Below are positions 52,652-63,213 of a DNA stretch of 64,000 bases, piece by piece. The notes beneath the pieces were generated by a model. That model had not been told where the DNA came from. It saw only the letters and a program-made list of their open reading frames with translations, and searched no databases. The DNA is taken from assembly GCA_014905635.1 (NCBI GenBank), contig JABVCE010000028.1, forward strand, positions 1-64,000, given 5' to 3'. Position numbers and translations under genes: made by a program. The DNA comes from Scenedesmus sp. PABB004. Its lineage: Eukaryota. How positions within the stretch are numbered: position 1 is the first letter of the stretch; every line of letters starts with the position of its first letter.

Positions 52652-53017
52652 CGCCGGCCCCCGTGGCCGCCGCCGCCGCCGCGCCGCCGAGCGACAAAGC
52701 CGCGGTGACGTGCGCCCGCCGCCGCCCCGAGCGCTGCTACACGAGGCGGAGGCCCAACGGTGCTTCTGCCGCGACTGCGCCGCCCCTCTTTCCCCGCTCA
52801 GCCGCTTCATGCGCTGCTGCTGCGCCGCCCGCGCCGCTGCTGCGCCGCGCCAGCTCCTGCGCAGGAGCGCGGGAGCGCGGTCTCCCGCGCCAGGTGAGGC
52901 CAGCACGTCGTCGTCGCTTGTGGCGTGGCGCGGGCCCCCCGCGCCAGCTGTGAAGCGCGCGGCAGCGGCCGCTGCAGGCGCTACCGCAGCGCGCTCCTCG
53001 CTGCCCGCACCTGGGCG

Positions 53018-53150
53018 GCCGCCAGGCCGTGCCCCGCCGCCAGGCCGCGCCTCACCGCCAGGCCCCACCGCCAGGCCGCCATGCCGCCCACCCGCCAGGC
53101 CGCGCCCCGCCGCCAGGGCCCACCGCCGGCCCACCAGGCCGTGCCCCGCG
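53018..53150. repeat. Degenerate ~17-20-bp tandem repeats (ccgccaggccg..ccc)
   Basis: About 6 ccgccagg(c/g) units upstream of glyoxalase I. Confidence 0.6.
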
Positions 53151-53169
53151 GCGCAGCACGCCGGTCGCC

Positions 53170-54256
53170 ATGGCGGGCGTGAAGGAGCTGCACGCGACGC
53201 CTGGCGTGTGCTCCAGCCGGCCGGAGGAGACGCGGGGCTTCATCTTCCAGCAGACCATGCTGCGCGTGAAGGACCCGGTGAAGAGCCTCGACTTTTACAC
53301 CCGCGTGCTGGGCATGACGCTGCTGGCAAAGCTCGACTTCAAGGAGATGAGCTTCAGGTGTGACCGCACGTGCCGGGGCCGCCGGGGTCGGGGCGCACGA
53401 AGCGAGCGACGCGGCGGGGCGGCCTCGCGCGCCGCGCCGCACACGCAGCGCGGCCCGCCGCCGCCGCGCCCGCCCGCGCTCCACGCTGCGCCGCTGCGCG
53501 CAGCCTCTTCTTCCTGGGCTACGAGGCGCCGGAGGACATTCCTGAAGACCCGGCGGAGCGGGCGCGCTGGATGTTCTCCCGCCCGGCCGTGCTCGAACTC
53601 ACGCACAATTGGCGCGTACCGCGCGCCGCGCGCCGCGTGCCGCGCGCCGTGCGCCGCGGGCGGGCGGGCGTGCCCGCGCGAGAGCTCACGCCGCCGCCGT
53701 CGCCGCCCCTCGTGTTGGCGCAGGGGGTCGGAGGCGGACGACAGCGTGAGCTACCACAGCGGCAACGCGGACCCCCGCGGCTTTGGGCACATCGGGCTGG
53801 CGGTGCCCGACGTCTATGCGGCGTGCGAGCGCTTTGAGAAGTGAGCGAGCCCGGGCGATCCAGGCCCGGGGGGGGGGGGGGGCGCAGTGCGGCGCGGGGG
53901 CCGCCGCGGCGCGGCGCGCCGGCGCGCGACCGCGCGACTGCCCCTGCCGCCGGCGCCGCCAGGCTGGGCGTGCCGTTCGTCAAGACGCCCGACGGCGGCA
54001 GCATGAAGGGCCTCGCCTTCATCAAGGACCCAGGTGGGTCGCGGGCCGGGCGGGGCGTGGGTGCCCACGCCCCGGGGGGCTTGCGTGCTGCGCGCTGCGC
54101 GCAGGCGTGCGCCCTGACAGGTCCGCTCGTCCCTCCCCCGCTCCGCCCCGCCCCGCGCGCGCTTGGGGGCCCGTGGCCCGTGGCGCGGCAGACGGCTACT
54201 GGATTGAGATCCTCAACCCCTACGCCTCGAGCCGCTTCGGCGACGCACCGGCGTGA
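53170..54256 (+). CDS. GLO1: Glyoxalase I (lactoylglutathione lyase), Zn-type
   Basis: [65 protein letters not shown]; an upstream targeting exon is possible. Confidence 0.95.
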
Positions 54257-54503
54257 CCGCCGACGGGCGGCGGCCAGGGTCAACAATGTTGCAGCGCGCG
54301 GCCGACGCCGTCGTGACGCGTGGGCGCGGCCTCCGCTCTGCGGCGACGGCGGCACCAGAGCGGGGACGGCAGCGAGCCCAAGCGGGCTGCGCGGCGAGCG
54401 AGTTGAGGTTTGATCGAGGCGAGTGGTTGCGGGGGCTGGGGATAGAGCAGACAAGGCAACGCGGGGGCCAGGGGCAACTCGTCACCGCGCGGCGGCCGCG
54501 CCC

Positions 54504-57500
54504 TCACTTGGCCGCGCGCGCGCGCTTCGGCCGCCCGCCGCCCGCGGCCTGCTGCGCCGGCGCCTTGGCCTTGCCCTTGCCGGCGGCAGGCGCCTCTGCG
54601 AGCGCCGCCGCGCGCGCCTCGAGCGCGGCCACGCGCTCCGCCTTGCCCGCGATCGCGCGGTTGATGCGCCCGTACAGCTTCCGCGTGCGCCGCGTCATCA
54701 TGATGTCAGCCAGCGCCCCGCCCTCGTCCTCCTCGCCTCCGCCCGCCGCGGCCGCGGCGGCGGCGCGCTTGGCGCCGCGCGTCGCCGGCGCGGCGCCGGC
54801 CGCGGGCGGCGCGTCGTCGCCGTCCGAGGCGTCGCCGTCCGAGCCGCTGCTGCTGTCGGCGTCGGCGTCGGCGGCGTCGGCGGCGCCGCCGGCGCCGGCC
54901 TGCTGCGCGGCGCGCAGCTCGCGCGCCAGCTCGCGCGCGTACGCCGCCTCGGCCGCCGCCGCGTCCTCCGCGCCGTCGCCGCCCGGCGGCGCGCCTGCCG
55001 CCGCGCCGCCGGCCGTGCCGCCGCCCTGCAGGAAGGCCGCCTCGCTCGCGTGCCCCGCGGCGGCGCGGCGCGCCGCGCGCGCGGCCTCCTGCAGCGCCAC
55101 GATGGTGCGCGCGTACTCGGGCGTGTAGCCCTCGGCCTCGTTGTCCACAAACGGCGACAGGTGCGGCGGCGGCGGCGCGCCCGGGGCGTAGGCCTCGGGC
55201 GGCAGCAGCAGGCGGTGGTTGAGCGAGTCAAAGAGCCACTGCGGCTGCACGTAGCACCGCGACAGGAACCTGCGGCGCGCGCGGGGCGGCGAGCGGGGAG
55301 TGGGCGGGGTGAGCGGGGCGAGTGGGGGCACGCACCGGCGGCGCGCGGCGCGCCTGTGGCCCTGCGTCGGCCGGTCCACGATCTGGTGCGTGATCGCCTC
55401 GTCGCCCTCCGCGTACGGCGAGCCGGGGCCCTCCCAGCCCGCGGCGCCGCCAAACGCCCTGCGCGGGAGGGGCAGTGGCGGGAGCGGCGTGGGCGCCGGC
55501 GCCGGCGCGGCGCTGCCAGCGCGCGGCCGGCCCGGGTCCGCTGCCGCTGCTGGCGCCGCTGGCGCAACTGGCGCAACTGGCACCGGTGCCCCCCCCCCCC
55601 GCTCACTTGATCATGAACAGCAGCGGCTCCCGCGGCACCTCGCGCGCGAGCCAAAACACGCAGCCCCGCAGCAGCACGCCGCACAGCCCCGCGTCGTCGT
55701 CCGCGTCCACCTCGCCCAGCCCGCCGCCCGCGACCGCCGCGCCCGCGGCGGCGGCGCCGGCAGCCGCTGCTGCTGCGTCGCCGCCCGCGGGCTCGCGCGC
55801 CGGCGCCGCCGCGGGCGCCTCGTCGCCGCTGCCGCCCGCCAGCTGCTCGCTGGCGCCGCCCTCGTCCTCCTCCTCCTCGTCCTCCTCCGCCTCGCCGCCC
55901 TCCTCGCTGCTGCTCTCGCCGCCCTCCGCCTCCTCCTCGCTGCCGGCGCCGGCCTCCGAGTCGGGCTCCTCCTCCGAGTCCGACTCGCCGCCGCCCGAGT
56001 CAATGTCGGGCATCAGCTCCGAGTCCGACCCGCCCTCGCCGCCCGCGGCGGCGCCGCCGGCCTCGGCCGCCTGCAGCTCCCGGATCTTGCGCCCCAGGCT
56101 GCCCAGCCGCGCCACGACCTCGGGCGCCGGCGCCGCCGCGGCGCCACCCTCCAGCTGCTGCTGCTGCTCCTGCCCCGGCTGCCCCGCCTGCTGCTTCCCC
56201 TGCTGCGCCTGCTGCTGCGCCGCCGCGTCGTCGGCGAGGCCGGACATGTCAGCCATGACGCCCGCCAACCCCGCCGCCGCCTCGTCCAGGCGCCGGTCCA
56301 GCAGCGGCGGGTAGCTGCGCCGGCACGGCGGTGCAGCGCGGCGCGGGTGCGTGAGCGCGTGAGTGCGCGAGCGCGCGGCGCGGCGCGGCGCCCCCAACAC
56401 CACCGCCGCCGCGCCCTCCCGCCCTCCTCTCGCTGCGCCGGGCTGCGCGGGGCTGCTGGCGCGCGGGCCTCACGTGAGGCCGAGTGCGTGGTAGAGCTTG
56501 AACAGCACAAACTGGAGCAGCGTGGCGTAAAACTCGAGGAAGGTGAGCATGACGGTGAAGTCGACGTCCCCCGGCAGCACCTGCGACAGCTGGTGAGGGA
56601 CCAGCCACGTCACCGCGGTGCCCGCGATCTCAGCCTGCGGCGGCGCGGCGGCGGCGCGGGGCGGCGGGGCGGCGCGTGGGCGCAGTGCGGCGCGCGCCCG
56701 GCGGCGCCGGTGCGGTGCCGCGCCGCCGCCGTGGCCTCAGGGTGTCAGTTCTCGTCCGCGGGCCTGGTGTCTAGGCAGGCCCTACGCAAAGATTAAGCCT
56801 TGTTGAAACAGGGATCGTCACCGGCCACATGCTGCTAGCTTAGGGGCTTAGGGGCCGCCCGCAGCCCCGCAGCCCCGCAGCCCCGCCCCGCCTAAACCCT
56901 GCCCAGTGAACTCCCGCACCTGGTAGTAGAAGCCCTTGACGCTGACAAAGACCTTGCGCAGCGCGTGCGTGCGCGCGACGTACGCGCTCCACTCGAGCAC
57001 GAGGCGCCGGCAGCGAGACACGACCTGGGGCGCGATGCCGCGCGTCGCCTCGGCCGGCAGCGTCGCAAAGAGGTGCACGAGCGTGAGCGGGTCGTCGAGG
57101 TCGCGCAGCGCGTCCACAAACGACGGGTACCTTTGAAGGGGGGGTGGGGTGGGGGGCGCGGGCGTGGCGCGGGCGCGGGTCTGGGCGAGCGAGGGGGAGG
57201 GAGGGAGTGGCAGCGAGCGGCGCGCGCCGGCGCAGCTGGCGCCCTCGCAACGCCCCCGCTCCCCCTCTCAGGGCCCCCCTGCCCCACACTCACCGCTCCT
57301 TGACCAGGTGGTCCAGCTTGTAGCCCGGCTTGGCCGCCAGCAGGCGCCGCGCGAGCGCGATGTTGGACTTGGCCCGCGCCTTGCGCACGCGGCGCTCGTG
57401 CACCTTGACCGCCCTGAGGCGCGCGGCGACGCGCCGCGTCAGCGCCAGCTGCGCGCCTGCGCGTCCGGGCGCCGCCGCCGCCATCCACCGCTGTCGCCGT

Positions 57501-58105
57501 CGCTCGCCGCCGCTGCCGCTGTCCCCCGCTGCTGCTGCCGCTGCCGCGTGCGCGCCGGCACGCGCACTGCGGCCGCGCCTGAAGGTGGCGATGAGCGGCT
57601 CGTGCGCGAGCCAGTTGATGTCCTTGACGTGGTAGTACGTCTTGTTGGCGCCGCGGACCTTCTTCTTGGGCTCGCGCGGGTGCACGCCCTTGAGGATGCA
57701 TAGCCGCCTGCGACAGGCGCGGCGGGCGGCGCAGCGGCGGTAAGCCGCCGCCGCCCGCGGCAGCCGCCGCGCGCGGCCGCGCCCCGCCGCGGCCGGCTGC
57801 TGGGAACGCGGCTGCCGTGGCCTGGCGCGCCCGCGCGCCGGGCGGCGCGCCGGGCGCGGGCGGGCCGGCGGCAGCCGCCGGCGGCCGCGCGCCGCCGCTG
57901 CCGCGCCGCGCCGGCGCGCACCTGAACTCCGACAGGCGCAGCTGCAGCTTCTTGATGGCCTGGTTGCGCGTGAGGTACTGCGCCGCGTTGCCCGCCTTGC
58001 CCTGCGGCGCGGAGGACGTGCGGCGCGGCGCGATGGGGCACGGCCGCGCGCCAGCAGCGCCGCGCGTCCGCGCGCGCGTCGCACCCGCTTCATACGCTTC
58101 CCCAT
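54504..58105 (-). CDS. PES1: Pescadillo homolog (PES1/Nop7)
   Basis: [99 protein letters not shown]. Confidence 0.95.
56731..56828 (-). ncRNA. Candidate intronic box C/D snoRNA
   Basis: GTGGCC-G-GTGACGA (C box) ... CTGA (D box)-GGCCAC terminal stem; GGCTTAATCTTTG is antisense to the conserved 18S segment CAAAGATTAAGCC. Confidence 0.8.
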
Positions 58106-58658
58106 GGCCCCCCGCCGGGAGGGACCCCGCGACTGCGCTGCGCGCGGGCGCCGCGGTCGCAGGCGGCGAACGCGCGGGCGGCGCGCCCTGGGCGCGTGTG
58201 GCGGCGCGGGAGGGCGCGCGCGGAGGAACAGGCGTCGGCACTGCTGCGGCGGCGACCGCGCGACGCGGCTGCGCGCGCGCCGGCGGCTGCGCCCTGCACC
58301 GCCGGCGGCGGGCGCCCACGCCCGCCCTGCGCCGCCGCTCGTGGCTGCGGCGGCCCACAGTGCGCCGCGCCCGGCACTGCGCCCACGCAGCTCAGCGCCG
58401 CTGCGCGAGGCGCAACCGCCGCTGCTCCGCGCTGCGCGGCGGCGCCGGCGCCGCGCGGGCCAGCGCCCTCTGCAGCCCCAGGGCGGCGAAAGAAGCAGGC
58501 GGCGGGCTCGCGCGGGGGCGTGCGGCGGGTGCGGCGCGGCGCCCCGCGAGCAGCGCCGCTGTCGAGCCGCTGCGCGGCGCCGCCGCCCACGGCGCCCACG
58601 CCGCTGCCGCTGCCGCCTTCACCGGCACGCCGCCGCCGGCGCCGCAGCGCGTGCGCCC

Positions 58659-60575
58659 ATGTCTGGGGGCCACGCGCCGCCGGGGTGGGGCGCCGACCTG
58701 GGCTTCCCCGCGCGCGTGATGGTTAGCCACCCGGCCGAGGGCGACCCGTCCGACCCCTACCGCGCCGTCTTCTACCGCGCCCTGGTCACCTCGGTGGACC
58801 GACACGCGCGACGCGTGCGCGCGCCGCGCCGGCGCGGTGCAGGGACAGCGGCGCAGCGCGGCGGCGGCGCGCAGCGCGCAGCGCGCGTCGACGCCGCCCG
58901 ACACGCCGCCGCGGCCGCGGCCGCGCCCCCAGGTGACGCTGCGGTGGGACTGGGTCGAGATCGAGCCGCGCACCTTCACGCTGCCGCTCGACTCGCCGCG
59001 GCTCTGGCGCTGGACGTGCAGCCAGGCGTGGTGGCGGCTGCTCTCGCCGACCGCGCCGACCAAGGACGGGCAGTGCCTGCACAAGGGCGGCTGGCGGCCG
59101 CTGCGCGGCGCGCGGCGCTACCCCTGGAGCGCGCTGGGCGAGGCGAGCCGGCAGCCCAAGCCGCGCGCGCTGAACCGGCTGGCGGCGTCGCGCGGCGCTG
59201 CCTCGCTGGCGCCGGCCGGCGATGCGGAGATGCCCGACGCGCAGCAGGCGTGCGCAGCCGCGGCCGCGGCGGCGGCGGGCGAGGCAGCCGCGGCCGCGCC
59301 CGAGGGCGCGGCGCCGGCGCCGTCGTCGTCGGGCGCCAAGCGGCGGTGGACGTTTGCCGCGAAGATGGCGGCGGCGCTGGCTGGCACGCTGCCGTCGGAC
59401 AGCAGCGACGACGAGCAGCAGCAGCACACCCCCGCGCCCGGGCCGCCCGGCGAGCCGCCGCCAAAGCGGCCCCGGCCGGGGGCGCTGCCGCCGCTGCCGC
59501 CCGCGCGGCCGCCGCAGCGTCAGCAGCCGGGGGAGGCTGCGGAGCCCCGCGGCGAGGCGCAGCGCCACCCGACGACCTTTGTCGTGCACAGCACCCCTGG
59601 CACAGTCTTTCCCTGGTCGGGCGGTGCGGCGGTGCCGGCGGGGTGGTGGTGGTCGACGGCGTGCCCATGGTCGCGCTGGGGCAGCTGTGCGACGCGACGC
59701 TGGCGGCGCCCGAGTGGGCGCCCGGCGACAGCGGCGACAGCGGCGGCGGCGGCGGCGGCGGCACGCCCTGGCCGCGGCCCAACGCCGTCGCGCTCTCCGC
59801 CGCGCTGCGCAGCCGGGGGATGATTGCGAGCGCGGCGCTGCGGGACGCGCAGGGGCGGCCGTCCCTGTGGGAGGCGTTGAAGCACGGAGGGCTCGTGCCG
59901 TACCGCTCAAAGCACGTCAAGCTCGCCAGCCTGGAGCACGTGCGCGCCGCGCTCGAGAGGAGCGCGGCCGGCTCGGCGGCCGCCATGGCCGTGGTGGCGC
60001 GCGTCGTCGACACGCTGGCGCTGCTGCCCGAGACGATCGCGGCGGCGGGAGCGCCGCCGTCGTCGTCGCAGGGCCAGGGCCAGCAGTCCGAGGCATCCGC
60101 CGCGCCCGACTCGTCGGGAGGCCGGGACCGGCCGGCGGAGGCCGACGCCACGACAGACGCGGCAGCGGCAGGGCCGGCAGACGCTGCAGCGGCGGCGGCG
60201 GCAGACGCTGCAGCGGCGGCGGCGGCAGACGCTGCAGCGGCGGCGGCGGCAGACGCTGCGGCGGCGGCGGCGGCAGACGCTGCGGCGGCGGCGGCGGCAG
60301 ACGCGGCGGCAGCTGCGGCGGCGGCAGCTGCTGCTGCGGCGCCGTTGACGCCGGCAGCGGCGCCGGCGACGCCGGTGCCGGCGGCGGCGGCGCCTGTGCC
60401 CGTTGAGGCCCACGCTGTCGCTGCGCAGACGGCGGCCGCGCTGCCCGCAGCCATGGCCGGGCCGTGGTGGCCGACCAGCGCCGTGCTGAGGCAGCCCAAG
60501 CAGGAGGGCGCCCCGCCCCGGGGCCGTGCCGTCGGCCCTGACTGCGTGATCGACCTCACGCTGGACGACGACTGA
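58659..60575 (+). CDS. Hypothetical nuclear protein: Tudor/Agenet-like N-terminus, C-terminal SIM
   Basis: VFYRALVTSVD..VTLRWDW..LDSPRLWR; PPKRPR; ends CVIDLTLDDD*; apparent frameshift at 59640-59643. Confidence 0.6.
   Translation: MSGGHAPPGWGADLGFPARVMVSHPAEGDPSDPYRAVFYRALVTSVDRHARRVRAPRRRGAGTAAQRGGGAQRAARVDAARHAAAAAAAPPGDAAVGLGRDRAAHLHAAARLAAALALDVQPGVVAAALADRADQGRAVPAQGRLAAAARRAALPLERAGRGEPAAQAARAEPAGGVARRCLAGAGRRCGDARRAAGVRSRGRGGGGRGSRGRARGRGAGAVVVGRQAAVDVCREDGGGAGWHAAVGQQRRRAAAAHPRARAARRAAAKAAPAGGAAAAAARAAAAASAAGGGCGAPRRGAAPPDDLCRAQHPWHSLSLVGRCGGAGGVVVVDGVPMVALGQLCDATLAAPEWAPGDSGDSGGGGGGGTPWPRPNAVALSAALRSRGMIASAALRDAQGRPSLWEALKHGGLVPYRSKHVKLASLEHVRAALERSAAGSAAAMAVVARVVDTLALLPETIAAAGAPPSSSQGQGQQSEASAAPDSSGGRDRPAEADATTDAAAAGPADAAAAAAADAAAAAAADAAAAAAADAAAAAAADAAAAAAADAAAAAAAAAAAAAPLTPAAAPATPVPAAAAPVPVEAHAVAAQTAAALPAAMAGPWWPTSAVLRQPKQEGAPPRGRAVGPDCVIDLTLDDD
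60180..60323 (+). repeat. 24-bp coding tandem repeat (DAAAAAAA) x~6
   Basis: gacgctgc(a/g)gcggcggcggcggca units. Confidence 0.85.
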
Positions 60576-60749
60576 TGACCGGCTGCTGGCAGAGAGTTGG
60601 GGCGGCTGTTGCGGCACACAGACCCGGAGCGTTGCGCGGGGCGCCGTGTGAGGCGAGGGGGGCAGGCAACTCGGCCGGCTCGTTGCAGCCTGCGCTGAGC
60701 GTGGGGGCCCTCGCGCAGGTGCAGCGCGCGCGCAACGCGGCGCCGCCAG

Positions 60750-62974
60750 CTACAGCCGGCTGCGCGGCAGGAGCGCCGCCAGGCGCTCGTCCATGCGCGC
60801 CAGCGCCCCGCCGCCGCCGCCACTGCTGCTCGCGCCCTCCTCGCGCGGCGGCGGCAGCAGCCCCCACAGCGCGTTGCCCGCGGCGTCACGCACGTCCAGC
60901 GCGCGCAGCTCGCGCAGCGCGCCTGCCGCACCGGCGCCGGCGCCGTGCCGCGCCGCCCACGCCCACAGCGGCCGCAGCTCGTCCGCGGCTGCGCAGAACG
61001 CAAAATGAGGGAGGGTGGCGCCGCTGACGTGCCGCGAGTTGCTCGTGACGAGGCCCACCAGCCGCCCCGACGCGTTCACAAGCGCGCCGCCGCTGGCGCC
61101 GGCATGCACCCCCGCGGTCGTGATGACCATCGACGCCCGCGACGCCTGGCCGCCGCCACTGCCGCCTGGCGCCGGCAGCGCGACGACGCGCGCCGCGCAG
61201 CCGGCGGTCACCGCCGGCGGCCAGCCCGCGCCCGGGCCCATCAGGCCGTGGCCAAGCACCGCCACATCCTCGCCGGGCAGCAGCGGCCCCGGCTCCAGCG
61301 CCAGTGGCGCCAGCGCCGGCAGCGGCGCGCCCGGCACCGCCGGCTGCAGCTGCAGCACTGCCAGGTCGGCGTGGCCGCCAAAGGCCGTCAGCAGCGCCGC
61401 CGGCAGCCAGCCACCGCCGGCGCCGGCGCTGCGGCTGCCCTGCGGCGCCGCCAGGCGCACGCTCGCGGTCTGCGGTCGCCGCGCCTGCTGGCCGCCGGCC
61501 GCGGCGGAGGGCTTGAACAGGTGGGCATTGGTCAGCACCAGGCCCCCCGCGCCACACATCACCACGCCGCTGCCCCAGCTCGCGCCCACGCGCACCATGA
61601 CGACGCCCCGCGCCGCTGCCTGCAGCGCCCCGGCGCTGGCGCAGGGCGCCGCGGTGCCGGCGCAGGCGCTGCTGCCGGCCAGCTCCTGCGCGGCTGCCCC
61701 ACACGCCGGCGAGTGCCGCAGCGCTGGCTGCGCGCCGACCGCTGCGGCGGCCTGCGCTGCGATGCCACCCCCACCTGGAGGCTGCCCGCCGCACGGCGCC
61801 GGGTGGTCCGGGGCCGCCAGGGCGAGCAGCGTCAGCGCGCCGCCGGGCGGCACGCCCGCCGCCGCCAGCGCCGGCGCCAGGGCGCCAGCGGCAACGCCGA
61901 GCGGCAGCTCCACTCGCGACGCTGTGTTGGCGAGCGGCACCGCCAGCAGCCCCAGCAGGCGCCCGCAGCACCTGCGCACGGCGGTGGCGGCGGCGCCGGC
62001 GTCGCGCGCGGCGCTGCGCGGCGGCGCCAGGGCGCTTGCCCCCGCTGCCCCTCTGCCGGCAGCGCGCGGCGCCCGCACCTGCAGGTGATGGGCCCGCCCT
62101 CCATGCCGGGCAGCGCGCGCGCGTCCACCACAAACAGGGCGCCGCCGCCGCCGCCGGTGCCCAGCGGCGCGACGACGGTCGACACCACGCCTGTCACCAG
62201 GGCGCCCTGGAACTGGTGCGCAGCGAGGCAGCCAAACGGCGAGCCGTGCGCCACCAGGGGCAGGCCCGGCCCCAGCGCGCAGCAGCCGCAGGCCGCCGCC
62301 TGCCGCGGCGCGCGCTCCGCCGCGGCCGCCGCCCGCCGCATCGCCTGCAGCAGCGCCTCGGCGCCGGCGACGCCGGGCTCCAGCTCCAGCACCGCGACGT
62401 GCGCCAGCTGCGTTGGGGTGGCCGCCTCGGCCGGCTGCCCCTCCGCGAGCGCCCAGCCGAGCTTCCAGGCGCCCGCAGCGCCCGCCGCGTTTGCGTCGCG
62501 CAGCAGCGCCTCGGCGCCCGACAGCGCGGCCGGCAGCGCTGCGACGCGCGCGAGGCGCGCCGGCGCGCGCAGCAGCCGCCCGCCGCCGCCCGGCTCGCGC
62601 GCGAGCACCTCCAGGCGCGTGCCGGGCGCGAGGCGCGTGCCGTCCGCCTCGGCGGGGCGCCGCCGCGCGTCCGGCAGCAGGAACGGGTGCAGGCAGCTCA
62701 GCGGCGCGAGCACGGCGATCGGCGCGCCCGCGCCCGCGTCCCGGCCGGGCGGCGGCAGCAGCGCCAGCCCGCTCGCCGACAGCGCCGTGCGGCCGGGGCC
62801 GTCGGCGGCGTGGAACGGCACGCCGCCCGCCCGTGCGCGCTTGGCGTCGGGGCCGCGGACCTCCACCTGCACCGCCAGCGCGGGCGTCGGCGGCGGGCAC
62901 GCGTGCGTCGGCGGCGGGCGCGCGCGCGCCTCCACCTGCGCAGCGGCCGGCTGACGCTGCGCGTCCGCCGCCAT
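60750..62974 (-). CDS. DEG15: Peroxisomal processing protease DEG15/TYSND1-like
   Basis: VRGPD..PFH..GRTALSASG, GSPFG, DARALPGMEGG, WGSGVV..LTNAHL, DLAVL, VHAGASGGALV; C-terminal PTS1 SRL. Confidence 0.9.
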
Positions 62975-63213
62975 CGGGCACGCTGGCATGCACGCTTCGC
63001 CGGCCGGCACGCACGCCGACACGGCGCCGGTGTGTGGGGAGACGTGCGGCGGGCGACTGGGCAGCCCCGCGAGCGGTGGGGTCCAGGGCGCAGCGGCGGC
63101 GCCCGCGGAACTGCCGCCGCGGCGCGCACGGCGGTCGGCGGCGTCGCCGCGCCATCCCAGACACCGCCCGCGGCGAGGTCTCCACGCACGGCGCGGCGGC
63201 GCGGCGGTCCGCG

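Noticed and set aside
56787..56799. 18S rRNA-identical 13-mer as an rDNA fragment
   Set aside because: The match is limited to 13 nt and lies inside C/D boxes on the opposite strand; better explained as a guide
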